Virus record (IMG/VR): IMGVR_UViG_3300016649_000097
Span: 22,585-86,584 of that record
Reading direction: 5' to 3' (one strand)
Length of the DNA stretch: 64,000 bases
Source of the DNA: a virus
Lineage: Duplodnaviria; Caudoviricetes
The notes under the pieces were generated by a model. That model was not told the DNA's origin and did no database searches. It worked only from the letters and a program-made list of their open reading frames with translations. The stretch's first letter is position 1; every line of letters begins with the position of its first letter. This document shows, piece after piece, positions 35,473 through 45,909 of the stretch. The position numbers and the translations under genes were made by a program.

Positions 35473-35789
35473 ACTTCCTTACTAAAGATGAATTCTTCTA
35501 GGGTTATTTTTTTCTTTTTGTATTTCTTTTGCCACTTTCTTACGAGGGCGTTCCTCTCGCGATGAGAAAGACCTCCCCATATTCCATGTGGTTCGTCTCT
35601 TGATACTGCGTCCCATAGACATTCTTTTCTGACAGGACAATGGTTCTTTCCAGTCTCACCAAAACAGAATGTTTTTGCTTTCGCAGCAATAATCTTGTAT
35701 TGCTCTTTGTCTCTAGGTGGGTAGAAGAGGTCGGTGTCTTCTCCGGAACATCGCGCTTGGTATCTCCAAGCGTAGTCTGGTTCTTCCAT
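35469..35789 (-). CDS. whiB: WhiB-family transcription regulator
   Basis: WRYQARC..DLFYP..C..CPVRKECL..HGIWGGLSHRER. Confidence 0.95.
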   Translation of the reverse strand: MEEPDYAWRYQARCSGEDTDLFYPPRDKEQYKIIAAKAKTFCFGETGKNHCPVRKECLWDAVSRDEPHGIWGGLSHRERNALVRKWQKKYKKKKITLEEFIFSKEV

Positions 35790-35792
35790 GTG

Positions 35793-36137
35793 TTAGGCAT
35801 CCTTTGTTTTCTCCCTCATCTCAATGAAGTCATCCTCAAGAAGAATGACGTAATCTTCCCCATCGAGATGAATACCAACTACTGGCATTCGTCCTTCAAG
35901 GATTGCCTCTCTTACTGTTTTCTTTAATACTTCGGACTTTACGGTGAACTGTTTTTTACCAGTCCACTTATGCTCAATCAGTAGGTCGGCTGACCGAACA
36001 TCGCCCTTTCTAGACCAAAGAGCCCCAGATGCAGCATTGCGTTTCCCACCAATTTTTTTGGCAAGACGCTTTTCGTGCTTCTGAGACTCCTTTTGCCCTT
36101 TACTCCTCAAGTTGTATTTTGCCTTCCTCGTATCCAC
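35793..36137 (-). CDS. Hjc-like PD-(D/E)XK Holliday junction resolvase
   Basis: HEKRLAK..SGA..KGDV..LIEHK. Confidence 0.7.
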   Translation of the reverse strand: MDTRKAKYNLRSKGQKESQKHEKRLAKKIGGKRNAASGALWSRKGDVRSADLLIEHKWTGKKQFTVKSEVLKKTVREAILEGRMPVVGIHLDGEDYVILLEDDFIEMREKTKDA

Positions 36138-36345
36138 GAAGCAACTTGGGAACTACATAGAACAGAGTTTCTCTCCAGAAGCATCTGTTGCAACCACAGA
36201 ATGGCTCTCCTGATATGGTCTCTGTTATTTCTTCGTCATCACCCATTGGATAGATGGCTTCAAATAACATATCTGTGTAAGCCTCTACACCACGCTCTAA
36301 ATCTTCAGCCCATTGTTGGTCAATGATTTCAAATCCGTTACTCAT
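36100..36345 (-). CDS. Acidic hypothetical protein
   Basis: Start MSNGFE; FCGCNRCFWRE. Confidence 0.6.
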   Translation of the reverse strand: MSNGFEIIDQQWAEDLERGVEAYTDMLFEAIYPMGDDEEITETISGEPFCGCNRCFWRETLFYVVPKLLRGYEEGKIQLEE

Positions 36346-37384
36346 CATCACCCACCACAATGGCATCGGTTGACTCAAGGACAGCCTTTTCAAGTTCTTC
36401 CTTGAGGTCAATCTCGCTACGGAGGCTATCAATGACTGGTTCAATTCCCTGCCATTTTCTTTCTCCATAGTAATACCACCCGCCCTTTCTATCTATTAAT
36501 CCTTTGACGACTGCAAGAGACGCAATCTCTTTAGCGAAATCATATTCTCCAGGAAGGCAAGGGCCGCCTTCTGAGAAGTAAAAGTCAAAGTATGCAACTC
36601 TCTGTGGGGGCGCCGTCTTATTCTTGAGAGTACGGACTTTGATTCTCTGCCCAATTCTGATTTTATTGTTACCTGAACCAAGTTCAATCCATTCATCTCT
36701 ACGGATTTCACATCGAGTGAAAAATGCATAGTTCTTTCCTTCACCTCCAGGAGTGGTGCGAGGGTCTCCATGCATCACGCCAATCTTCATGCGGTACTGG
36801 TTAATCACAATGCCCAAGACAGGGCGTTCTGCTTCAACAAGACTTCTCTTCATTGCAGTACCTACAACTCTGAAGAACTTGTTAGTTAATAAGGCGCCTT
36901 TACCTACAGTCGCCTCATCCATTGTCTTTTCCAACTCAGGAGAAGGTGATAGTGCTGGAAGAGAGTCGATAACAATTGCGTCTACAGCCTTAGATTCAGC
37001 AAATGCTATAACTGCATCATATGCTTCTTCCATAACGCTGGTTTCAACAACAATAACGCGAGACGTGTCTACTCCACACATTTCTGCATAATCTGGAACC
37101 CATTGTTCTGCTGCGACCCATACTGTTGTGAAGTCTGGATTTTTTACTTGGTTTGCAGCAATTGCTTTAAGAGCAACGGCAGTCTTTCCGTGTGATGGCT
37201 CTCCAATTAACTCATTCCATTGGTTGCCAGGGAAGCCGCCACCAAGTACATAGTCAAGTGTTGTAGAACCACTAGTAAACCTTGGAACAAGGTCAGAACG
37301 AATATCTGAGGCAAAGACAACAACTCCATCGCCAAACTTCTTATTTAATTGAGCGACAATCTTTTTTGCTTCATCAGTTATCAT
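36338..37384 (-). CDS. recA: RecA/UvsX recombinase
   Basis: GEPSHGKT, VIDS, INQYRMKIGVMHGDPRTTPGGEG. Confidence 0.95.
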   Translation of the reverse strand: MITDEAKKIVAQLNKKFGDGVVVFASDIRSDLVPRFTSGSTTLDYVLGGGFPGNQWNELIGEPSHGKTAVALKAIAANQVKNPDFTTVWVAAEQWVPDYAEMCGVDTSRVIVVETSVMEEAYDAVIAFAESKAVDAIVIDSLPALSPSPELEKTMDEATVGKGALLTNKFFRVVGTAMKRSLVEAERPVLGIVINQYRMKIGVMHGDPRTTPGGEGKNYAFFTRCEIRRDEWIELGSGNNKIRIGQRIKVRTLKNKTAPPQRVAYFDFYFSEGGPCLPGEYDFAKEIASLAVVKGLIDRKGGWYYYGERKWQGIEPVIDSLRSEIDLKEELEKAVLESTDAIVVGDDE

Positions 37385-37755
37385 CCATCAATCCTTCCAA
37401 TTATTTGTTGTGGGTTAAAGTTATTTGTTGAGTCATTTCCTCTTGCGGATTTTGTAGAGCCTTCCACTTTTGCACCTGTAAGAGACCCATATCTACTTCC
37501 TGATTGCTCTAGTGGATACCCACAGTCATAACAACGCAACTTTGCACCAGCAACACTCATATAGTTATTAGAGTTACAATTTGGACAAGATTGATTTTGT
37601 AAAGCGCTTTGGGCTTTAGAAACATTTGGATTTGCAACTGGAGGTGTGTACGGAGTCATTGGCTGTTGTGACGGTGGCATTGGAATATCTGCAGGACGTG
37701 GCTGTTGTGCTGGTTGTTGTCCTAATTTATTAGCCCACCAATTTGCGTTACTCAT
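37381..37755 (-). CDS. Pro/Gln-rich Zn-ribbon protein
   Basis: CPNC..RCYDCGYP. Confidence 0.7.
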   Translation of the reverse strand: MSNANWWANKLGQQPAQQPRPADIPMPPSQQPMTPYTPPVANPNVSKAQSALQNQSCPNCNSNNYMSVAGAKLRCYDCGYPLEQSGSRYGSLTGAKVEGSTKSARGNDSTNNFNPQQIIGRIDG

Positions 37756-39758
37756 TCTTTTGCCTCTCCCCATCTATCAACAATTTTTGCTTCAGCAATA
37801 AGCGGAACTGTAATCTCTGGAAGACGTATGCCTTCCATTGACTCGCGGATTGCTTCTGCCACATCCTCCGCTAAATCTTCACGGGCAACGGTAACCAACT
37901 CGTCGTGCACGGTCAAAATGACATTTGCTCCAGGCTCATCGACAAAGCAGGAGTGGGCCCTAACAATCGCTAACTTCATAATGTCGGCTGCGGAACCCTG
38001 AATAACTGTGTTAAAAGCCTGACGTTCCGCCCTAGACTTAAGGCCTTGGTCTCGGCTTTTTAGGTCAGGGATATACCTACGCCTTCCAAACAAGGTAGAC
38101 ACATAAGGCGTTGGTGTATGGGCAGAAGCCATGCGTATGACTCGTGCTTTGTATTTTGAAATGTCATTAAATTGTTTTGTAAAGCGCTCCAATAAATCTC
38201 TTGCATCTTTGACTGTACAGCCGATACTTTGAGCAATCTTTTCTGGTCCAACTCCATAAGACATCGCTAGAACTAGGACTTTTCCTGCCTTGCGGTCTAC
38301 TCCCATTGTGTTACCGATAGTGGTGTAGATATCTCCGCCTTCTAGATAGTTCTTCATCATAATCGGGTCACCTGAGAAGGCTGCAATGATGCGTGGCTCA
38401 ATCTGGCTGTAGTCCGCAACAACTAGTTTATGTCCAGGTGGTGCAATAAAAAGGTCACGAATTAACTTGCCGTAATCTCCACCACTTGGAATGTTCTGTA
38501 GGTTTGGGTCGCTACTGGAGAAACGCCCTGTCTCTGCTCCGTGTGGTTTGAAGTTTGTGTGTACTTTGCCGTTTATTAGGAGCGATTTCTTCTCGCTTAC
38601 TTTTGTTTTGCCCATAACGGTGTGAGTAACCTCCCCACCAAGATAGGGCATTACATAAGTTGTCATTAACTTATTCAAATCTTGATAATCAAGAATTGCG
38701 TCTACCAACTCATCCTTACTACGGTAGAACTCCAGAGCATCAGATGAAACTGAGTAGTGATGTATACCTAACTTCATAGGATTGGTTGAGGCAACTTCTT
38801 GACCCTTGGCTGTCAGCGCTACCTTAATTCTTAGATTTGGCTTGATACCTCGACCTCCCTCTTCTTTAGGAGAAAAGAGCAACTTCTGTTTCTCTTGTAC
38901 CGAATTCATTGAAAAAGGCTTCCCTACAAGTTTCCAGGCCCTTGCTTTGGCATCATCGATATCCTTTTCAAGACGTTTCTTTAGATTAGTTAACTCAACA
39001 ACGTCTATGTTTGCCCCAGTAAGTTCCATGTCACATAAGGCTGCAATAATGTCCATTTCAAGATTCCACACACGATTAAGGTCGCCATCTAATTTGGGCG
39101 ACATTACTTTGTAAAGTTTGTAGGTAACATCAGCATCTAGTCCTGAGTACTTTGCTACATCACTAAAGGCGTGTATCTCTACCTGTGCTCCTACGCCCTT
39201 TTCTACAGTTATTCCTAACTCTCTCTTTGCACAATCAGCAAGACCTAGATATCCACGATGCATGTTATTAGTAATGAAGCCAGCCATCATCGTGTCAAAG
39301 AAAGGCTTTTTAGGAACAACACCACGGTAATACTTTGCAATTGACTTTAAATCAAACTTTATATTGTGACCAATCTTTAGTTGGTCGCTAAAGAACAAAG
39401 GCTTTAAAGCCTTGAACACATCACCGGGCAACAACTGAACTGGAGCAGGACCAAAGACTGGTTTCCACTTTGCTTGGTTCTTCGAGTAATCGGTGTCTTT
39501 CAGTTCTTTGCCAGCCGCTAATTTGCGCTGACCACTAAGCAGTAACTCTTTATCCCAATGCAAGAACTCGCCATTTGGGTGACCCATAGGTATTACATCT
39601 ACGCGGTCTTCTGTTGCAAGAGAAATCCATAAGACATCGTTGACTACAGGTTGGATTCTATTTTCACCAACTGTTTCAACATCGAAAGCAAATGCATCTA
39701 CATTTTTGTAGTGCGCAACTAACTCATCTAGTTGTTCTTGTGTTGTAATGATATTCAT
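37752..39758 (-). CDS. polA: Family A DNA polymerase (3'-5' exonuclease + polymerase)
   Basis: FDVET, HNIKFD, TGRFSSSDPNLQNIP, ADYSQIEPRI, VHDE. Confidence 0.97.
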   Translation of the reverse strand: MNIITTQEQLDELVAHYKNVDAFAFDVETVGENRIQPVVNDVLWISLATEDRVDVIPMGHPNGEFLHWDKELLLSGQRKLAAGKELKDTDYSKNQAKWKPVFGPAPVQLLPGDVFKALKPLFFSDQLKIGHNIKFDLKSIAKYYRGVVPKKPFFDTMMAGFITNNMHRGYLGLADCAKRELGITVEKGVGAQVEIHAFSDVAKYSGLDADVTYKLYKVMSPKLDGDLNRVWNLEMDIIAALCDMELTGANIDVVELTNLKKRLEKDIDDAKARAWKLVGKPFSMNSVQEKQKLLFSPKEEGGRGIKPNLRIKVALTAKGQEVASTNPMKLGIHHYSVSSDALEFYRSKDELVDAILDYQDLNKLMTTYVMPYLGGEVTHTVMGKTKVSEKKSLLINGKVHTNFKPHGAETGRFSSSDPNLQNIPSGGDYGKLIRDLFIAPPGHKLVVADYSQIEPRIIAAFSGDPIMMKNYLEGGDIYTTIGNTMGVDRKAGKVLVLAMSYGVGPEKIAQSIGCTVKDARDLLERFTKQFNDISKYKARVIRMASAHTPTPYVSTLFGRRRYIPDLKSRDQGLKSRAERQAFNTVIQGSAADIMKLAIVRAHSCFVDEPGANVILTVHDELVTVAREDLAEDVAEAIRESMEGIRLPEITVPLIAEAKIVDRWGEAKE

Positions 39759-39826
39759 AAAACCCCTCTAATTAGAGTAAGAGAGCCCGAAATGGAGGAA
39801 ACGGGCTCTCCTACTTGTGGAACGTC

Positions 39827-40474
39827 TTAAGCGACTGAGCGAGCAACTTCTAGTAGTTCAGAGCGAGGGGTCTCTCGAATTACTTCTGCTGTATATGGTT
39901 CAGCGGCTGCTACTAACTCATTAACCGTATCAGGGTTAAGTTTCCACTCCTCGGCAAGGTCACGACCACGGACGAAGTTGAGGGTGTACTGCGTCGTTGG
40001 GCCTGTGCCTAGTCGAGAAATCTCCCAGAACTCTTTTGAAAGAGGTCCTTTGCGCTCGTCATCATGAGCCTTCTTGATTTGACGAGCCAGCGATGGTGGA
40101 GCGGTAAGGATTTGTAATCCTTCTGTCTCACCACTTAGTACGTAGACATTAAATGCGAACTTACCGCGAGGCTTATCGCCAAGGATTTCGCAAAGTGGGC
40201 AACCCTCACCCATGCATACGAAAGACTTCTTACCCTTTGGGCGTTCAATCCAGTGCTGTTCGTAGGTTGCAAATGGTTGGTCCTCAAGGAACTTAACCAA
40301 TTGTGGTTCTTCAGAGAACCTGAAATCGGTTGGAAACTCGGAGTTATCCGACTTTAGTAGTGCATCAACGGCATCCCAGCCCTGTTGCACAGTTGTTCCA
40401 ACCTTTGGTGTTGCTGTTTCGCTATCTTCATCGAGATATGAATCAGCGTTTACTGCTGGTTTTGTAATTGGCAT
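39827..40474 (-). CDS. Single-stranded DNA-binding protein (gp32-like)
   Basis: YEQHW..C..CPLC..FNV..GTGPTTQY; adjacent to the polymerase. Confidence 0.7.
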   Translation of the reverse strand: MPITKPAVNADSYLDEDSETATPKVGTTVQQGWDAVDALLKSDNSEFPTDFRFSEEPQLVKFLEDQPFATYEQHWIERPKGKKSFVCMGEGCPLCEILGDKPRGKFAFNVYVLSGETEGLQILTAPPSLARQIKKAHDDERKGPLSKEFWEISRLGTGPTTQYTLNFVRGRDLAEEWKLNPDTVNELVAAAEPYTAEVIRETPRSELLEVARSVA

Positions 40475-40529
40475 ATCTTTCTTTCTTGGTCGTGAGGCAC
40501 TGAGTAGTTCGCATCTCGGTACGGGTTTA

Positions 40530-41009
40530 CTACTTCTGGCTCTCTATGGATGTGAGTTCCTTCCAGCGCTTTACTAAAGCCTCTGTAAGGTCTTCGTGTT
40601 GGTTCCATTCTACACGAGCGGAACCTAGAAGGTTTCGTTTTGAAAACTCGTCAACTGCAGCCTCTATAAGAGCGCGGGTATAAACCCGATTTCCTCCAGT
40701 TTTCTTACCTTGTAAGGTCTTAGACCGAAGTCGATACGGGGCACGTGGGATATAGCCCTTACGTTCCCATAGACGAACAGTGACAATGGTCTTTTCCAAT
40801 GCTTGTGCTAATGCACCGATTGTGTAGACCTCAGTTTCCTTTCCACCTAATGTTTTAATGATTGGATTTTCATCCCAACCATTAGTCTCACCGCTTTTAC
40901 GGCGAGAAACCTTTGGGTCTGGTTCACGACGTTTTTTCTTTGAACCAGGAGCATATTCGAGGTTTTTGAAAGCCTCGATAATTTCGTCTTCTCCTCTTAG
41001 ACCAGGCAT
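40530..41009 (-). CDS. MerR-like HTH DNA-binding protein
   Basis: YTIGALAQALEKTIVTVRLWERKGYIP..RVYT. Confidence 0.8.
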   Translation of the reverse strand: MPGLRGEDEIIEAFKNLEYAPGSKKKRREPDPKVSRRKSGETNGWDENPIIKTLGGKETEVYTIGALAQALEKTIVTVRLWERKGYIPRAPYRLRSKTLQGKKTGGNRVYTRALIEAAVDEFSKRNLLGSARVEWNQHEDLTEALVKRWKELTSIESQK

Positions 41010-41010
41010 G

Positions 41011-41451
41011 TTAGTCCTTCTTCATCACCAATGCCCAGACGACTGTCTGTGGATACATCTCATCAATCTCTTCTTCTGTTAGTTCATCGCTGTACAACGC
41101 AGCCATTAGTGCGTCTTCATCAATAATTTCTACAGTCTTTATAAGTTTGTCACGAAGACCCTTCTCATCAATTATGTCGAAAGCAACATCTTCGTCAATC
41201 TTTCTTGTTACACGGCGTTGCTTCATCATAGATTTAACGCCTTCAATTTCTTCAGGTAACTCAAAAATTATATTTCCTTTGTCATCTGTTTCTCCGCTCT
41301 CCTCAATCTTGGAGAACAAATCTTCACGCAACTCTTTCATTTGCTCTTGAAAATACTCAACTTGTTTTTTATAAAAGACATACTGTTGTGCTTGTGACAA
41401 AGTATTGTCCTTGTCAATGACTCTTGATTCTTGTTTTGATACGCGTGGCAT
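41011..41451 (-). CDS. Hypothetical coiled-coil protein
   Basis: 146 aa charged protein. Confidence 0.65.
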   Translation of the reverse strand: MPRVSKQESRVIDKDNTLSQAQQYVFYKKQVEYFQEQMKELREDLFSKIEESGETDDKGNIIFELPEEIEGVKSMMKQRRVTRKIDEDVAFDIIDEKGLRDKLIKTVEIIDEDALMAALYSDELTEEEIDEMYPQTVVWALVMKKD

Positions 41452-41460
41452 TTGCCCCTC

Positions 41461-42993
41461 CTACGATTTAGACAGGAAGTTCAACAAACTTCCTACGGTC
41501 AAGTCTACCCCACCACGAGCGTTGATTCCCGCACCGTCAAGTACGGCATTAGCCACAGCGCCCTTCTGCTGAAGCATTTCGTGCTGTCGTTCTTCTATGG
41601 AGTTCTTCATAAGGATGTCTTGAATGGTTATGGTAGGCCATCTGCTAGACGCCCTTTTGATACGACCATTCCTCTGAATAGCCAATCCAGCATTCCAGGG
41701 AAGGTCGTAGTTAATCAAAAGATTTGCATTGGGCAAATCGACTCCGTAACCACCTGCATCAGAGGAAATGAACACTCTGCAATTCGGGTCGGTCAAAAAC
41801 TTTTCTTTGCTTTTTTCTTTCTCTTTGGCGTTCATTTCTCCGGTATAGATAGTGCCACCAAGTTTGTCATAGATTATTGCTACGGCATCTAGGTATGAAG
41901 CAAACACAACTATCTTGGCATCTGGGTCAGTGTCAAGGTGTTCGTTGGCATAACTTACAAGAGTGTCAAGTTTTGGAACTCCCATTCCTTTTACTTTTAC
42001 GTGACCGTTGTTTATTAAATACTTTGCATACTCAGACTCACTGCCAGCAAGAATAAATGGATTGTCACAAACCATTCTGAGCGCAGTTATCTTGGACATT
42101 ATCGAACCACGCATAGTGTCTGCTGGACTTCCTGGCTTGTATCCCTCTCCGTAGTGAGCGGCTATTGAAAAGTTTGCACCTAGTAATTGTTTGGCTTCTA
42201 TCAACTCATTACGAAGTTCTTCTGCAATGAAGTTATACAACTTACTACCTGCAGAGTCAAACCTAACCAGTATTGGGTCACGGTAAATGACACTTGGAAG
42301 ATATGGGGCAACATCTGGGTCAGTCTGTATTTTACGAACTGAACAGGTCTTCATCTTTTCGTGAAAGATTGGGAGATTGCGGTATCTCTGCACGCCACCA
42401 AAGTGGTTACGAACAATGAATGTTTGGTCAAACAAATCAAAACGACCAAGCAAGTTTGGGTTAACAAACTGCATGATGCTGTACAACTCTTCTGGTCTAC
42501 CGTTCTCTATAGGAGTTCCAGTCAATGCAAATCTGACAGGGACATTGCGAGATAGTTCCTTTACCTTTTTAGAACGTTTAGACCTAAAGCCCTTTATGGC
42601 AGTGGCTTCGTCACAGACGATTGCTCCCCACAGATACTTCTTTACGATATCCCAATCATTGACTATGGATTCGTAGTTAGTAATCACATAGTCTGACTTT
42701 TGACCGTCTGCATACTGTTGTGTTCGTTGTTGTTTATTGCCGTCTATTACAGTCGACTCAACACCTGTGCAGAATTTCTTTATCTCTTTTTGCCATTGAT
42801 ATTTAAGGCTAGATAAGGCTATTACAAGAACAGGACCAATCCGTATCTGCCCAGTATCGTTTAATTTTTCTAGGGCCGCTATTGTCATACAGGTCTTTCC
42901 TAAACCCATCTCGTAGGCCACAAGCATCTTCTTCTCGCCCACCATACGACTTACAGCCTCTACCTGATAAGGCTTGAGCGTTCCGCTAAACAA
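41461..42993 (-). CDS. SNF2-family helicase
   Basis: MGLGKT, CDEAT, LTGTPIEN, QRNGRIKR. Confidence 0.92.
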   Translation of the reverse strand: MFSGTLKPYQVEAVSRMVGEKKMLVAYEMGLGKTCMTIAALEKLNDTGQIRIGPVLVIALSSLKYQWQKEIKKFCTGVESTVIDGNKQQRTQQYADGQKSDYVITNYESIVNDWDIVKKYLWGAIVCDEATAIKGFRSKRSKKVKELSRNVPVRFALTGTPIENGRPEELYSIMQFVNPNLLGRFDLFDQTFIVRNHFGGVQRYRNLPIFHEKMKTCSVRKIQTDPDVAPYLPSVIYRDPILVRFDSAGSKLYNFIAEELRNELIEAKQLLGANFSIAAHYGEGYKPGSPADTMRGSIMSKITALRMVCDNPFILAGSESEYAKYLINNGHVKVKGMGVPKLDTLVSYANEHLDTDPDAKIVVFASYLDAVAIIYDKLGGTIYTGEMNAKEKEKSKEKFLTDPNCRVFISSDAGGYGVDLPNANLLINYDLPWNAGLAIQRNGRIKRASSRWPTITIQDILMKNSIEERQHEMLQQKGAVANAVLDGAGINARGGVDLTVGSLLNFLSKS

Positions 42994-43924
42994 GGAAAGC
43001 CTCCTTGCCTAACACATAAGACTTCGCGTTCTCTATGCCCTTGTGAATTTCGTTTATCGTCATATCACCGGGGTCTTTAACATCAATACCGGCGTAATCA
43101 AAGAAGAACAAATTTAAGCCGTACTTGCGAGCAAAAGGACGCATCGAATCTGCAGCCTTTAGTCCAGCCTCATCTTTATCAAACGCCGCGATTACCTTCT
43201 CTGCTCTGCGCATAATCTTTGCTTGGTCTTCACTAACAATCGCGCCATATGTAGAAACAGCACCTTCAACACCGGCACAGCGAAGACGAACTACATCTAA
43301 TGGAGATTCAACAACAAGAAGAATATCTGTTGCCATTACTTCAACACCGAATACAGTCTTTGATTTCTTAACTCCTGCTGGTTGATTGCGAAAGAACCGA
43401 CCGCTAGCACCCTTTTCTTGCCATCCCATCAATTCATATGTGTCGGGATGGCGGATAGGAAGAATCCATGCTGAATGATTTACATCCCAAAGTACGCCAT
43501 GGTGCTTTGCTGCTTCTGCAGTTAGGAATCGCTTTTTTAACTCAAATGCAGGAGGCTCTGAGTACACAGCCAAACGAGCCTCTGACATACCTATTGGCTC
43601 TGCTTCAGGCTGTACATACTGTGGTAAATCCTTGATGCGACGAAGCAACGAATCAACAGGAAGTTCTGTTTGTCCATCAATAAACTCTTTTGCCTCATGG
43701 TAATCAATGCCACGCAAGTCACGAACAAGTGTGTAAAGGTTTCCCTTGTAACCACAAGAAAAACAAATGTGTGCACCAGTAACTGTATTAATCCACCAAG
43801 ATGGATGATGGTCATCTTTTCCAGTGCGCTTCTTGTGCATTGGACATAAGCCATTAACTTCACTGCCACGCTGTGCTGCAAGCGGTAAATCAAGAGAAAG
43901 TAGAACTGTCTCTACATCAAACAT
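42986..43924 (-). CDS. dnaG: DNA primase (CHC2 Zn finger + TOPRIM)
   Basis: CPMH..CFSC; VVESPLD; AFDKDEAG. Confidence 0.9.
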   Translation of the reverse strand: MFDVETVLLSLDLPLAAQRGSEVNGLCPMHKKRTGKDDHHPSWWINTVTGAHICFSCGYKGNLYTLVRDLRGIDYHEAKEFIDGQTELPVDSLLRRIKDLPQYVQPEAEPIGMSEARLAVYSEPPAFELKKRFLTAEAAKHHGVLWDVNHSAWILPIRHPDTYELMGWQEKGASGRFFRNQPAGVKKSKTVFGVEVMATDILLVVESPLDVVRLRCAGVEGAVSTYGAIVSEDQAKIMRRAEKVIAAFDKDEAGLKAADSMRPFARKYGLNLFFFDYAGIDVKDPGDMTINEIHKGIENAKSYVLGKEAFLV

Positions 43925-45170
43925 TGCTGCCCCAGTTCATGCAGTAGGTGCACTTGGTCATAAACGATTCGTCGTGGAAACAACCAGTCTCCCAACGCCA
44001 AGTGATAGCAGTTTCGCTTGGTGGGCAGTTACGTGATTGAACAATCTTTAGTAAACGAATCTCTTCATCCTCTTCAACTGGCTCAAGACCAAGAATCACA
44101 TCTGAATCTTGGAAGAAGGATGATGAATAACCAATAGAGTCTGCAGTTACTTTGCCAGCACGCATCTTCCACAATAGGGTCTGAGTGGTAATCACCATCG
44201 GCTTATTAATCTTGAAGGCAAGGCGTTTCAAAGCACGGGTAATGTTAGTAATTGCTTGAGGCGTGTTCATTTCGCCAGTAATCTCATCGAGCATGAGGTA
44301 AACACCGTCAACAAAAATAATGTCAGGGTTGCACTGCTCAATCTTTGCTGCCAGAGCAGAGACGGTGATTCCGTTTACAGCATCTACAAGATGAAATGGT
44401 TTTAATTTTTCCATCTCGTTGAGCATATCTATGTAACGGTTCTCTTCTGCGGGTAACAACTTACCTCTACGAAGACGGCTGTGAGATATGTTTGCACGCA
44501 TAGCATCGTGGCGCTGTTGTAGTTCGTGGTTATTCATCTCAAATGACTGATACATGGGAACATAACCAAGTTTGTGAACATTTATGGCAATCTGCAAAGC
44601 AATCTGCGACTTACCAGTCTTTGGTGGGGCGATGATGGTGATTAGTTGACCACCCTGCAGTCCTGCAGTTGCTTCATCAATCTTCTCGAATCCTGTAGGT
44701 ATTCCTAGGAACTTTTTGTTCTGTAAAGACTTGTAATCTTCATAGCGTTGTTCTGTGTTCTTTGATAGGTCTACTTCGTGAGTTCCAAGCACGCCCTGTT
44801 CATTGACTTTTGCAATAGCCTGCTCCATAGCAAGCAGAGCAGCATTGTGATTGTTCTCTTGTAGTAACTCAACTGCATTCTCTAAACCTTGACGAGTAAG
44901 AAGTCGACGACGGAAGTCGACCATCGTATCCAACAAATACTCAACAGAATCATCTACATCAAGAATTTTGTAATTTGGATAGTGGTCTTTGACTGTTACG
45001 CCAGTAGGAACTTCACGATATTCGCTGTAATGCTTGCGAACAAATACCCAAACTTTTCTATTGTCTTCGTCTAAGAACCAAGCATCCTGAACGCCTCGTG
45101 ACAACGCAGGAACAATGTCTCGGTCACGGATAATCTTGCTGACCAAACGATGTTCGTTATCTGCTGCCAT
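43917..45170 (-). CDS. dnaB: DnaB-like replicative helicase
   Basis: APPKTGKS, FEM, IFVDGVYLM, QDSDV. Confidence 0.92.
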   Translation of the reverse strand: MAADNEHRLVSKIIRDRDIVPALSRGVQDAWFLDEDNRKVWVFVRKHYSEYREVPTGVTVKDHYPNYKILDVDDSVEYLLDTMVDFRRRLLTRQGLENAVELLQENNHNAALLAMEQAIAKVNEQGVLGTHEVDLSKNTEQRYEDYKSLQNKKFLGIPTGFEKIDEATAGLQGGQLITIIAPPKTGKSQIALQIAINVHKLGYVPMYQSFEMNNHELQQRHDAMRANISHSRLRRGKLLPAEENRYIDMLNEMEKLKPFHLVDAVNGITVSALAAKIEQCNPDIIFVDGVYLMLDEITGEMNTPQAITNITRALKRLAFKINKPMVITTQTLLWKMRAGKVTADSIGYSSSFFQDSDVILGLEPVEEDEEIRLLKIVQSRNCPPSETAITWRWETGCFHDESFMTKCTYCMNWGSNV

Positions 45171-45187
45171 ATCGCCCCCTCAAGGCT

Positions 45188-45604
45188 CTAAAGATTGGCT
45201 AGTTCTATACCTGCTGAACCATATCGCGCAACTCGGTCAGGCTTATCAACTATGCCCTTCAAGTTTGGTCGATACGGAAGCGCTTCGACTAACTCATCTA
45301 CACTTTCGTACAACTGCCAATAGTTAAATGGGTTAACTACACGGCGCTCTAACTTTTCGAATGCTTTGTCAAGCAATTCTTCGGTCCAGCCTTCTGATTG
45401 AAAGCCAGCCAATTCCAAAGATATGCCGTAATTGTTTGCAATAAGCCAAAGTTTGTTGGCCCCCAGCAAATCAATGTCGCCAATCTTATAGGAAATCTTT
45501 TTACCTAAAAGACGTCGAGTCTCTTCTTCAACTAGTTTTACCACTACATCTGTTGTAGCGATTACCTGCGGAGAGGAGACATTGGATATGTCTCCGTTTT
45601 TCAT
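45188..45604 (-). CDS. Hypothetical protein
   Basis: 138 aa (MKNGDISN..) in the replication operon. Confidence 0.65.
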   Translation of the reverse strand: MKNGDISNVSSPQVIATTDVVVKLVEEETRRLLGKKISYKIGDIDLLGANKLWLIANNYGISLELAGFQSEGWTEELLDKAFEKLERRVVNPFNYWQLYESVDELVEALPYRPNLKGIVDKPDRVARYGSAGIELANL

Positions 45605-45909
45605 AAGACTTCTATCTTAGCGTATTTGACTACAAACTCACGAAACTTCTCAGCCGTATCGCTTGCGGTCAATGCTAACTCTTCCGGTATCTCTTCAGGT
45701 ATGAGAATTGAGTAATGCCCATCATTCATAACCATGCGCTCGTTTACAAAACGGACATGTTTGCAATCAAAAGTTTTGCGCCATTTAGGACAGTTACAAC
45801 GAAGTTTTCTTGTGTCAGTATCGACTTCAACTTCAAAAATACCAGCAGCCTGTGCAGAGATGAACAACTGGATAGTTCTCCAGGATGTGCGCACACTGCC
45901 ACCTTTCAT
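45601..45909 (-). CDS. SWIM Zn-finger protein
   Basis: RCNCPKW..CKHV. Confidence 0.8.
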   Translation of the reverse strand: MKGGSVRTSWRTIQLFISAQAAGIFEVEVDTDTRKLRCNCPKWRKTFDCKHVRFVNERMVMNDGHYSILIPEEIPEELALTASDTAEKFREFVVKYAKIEVL

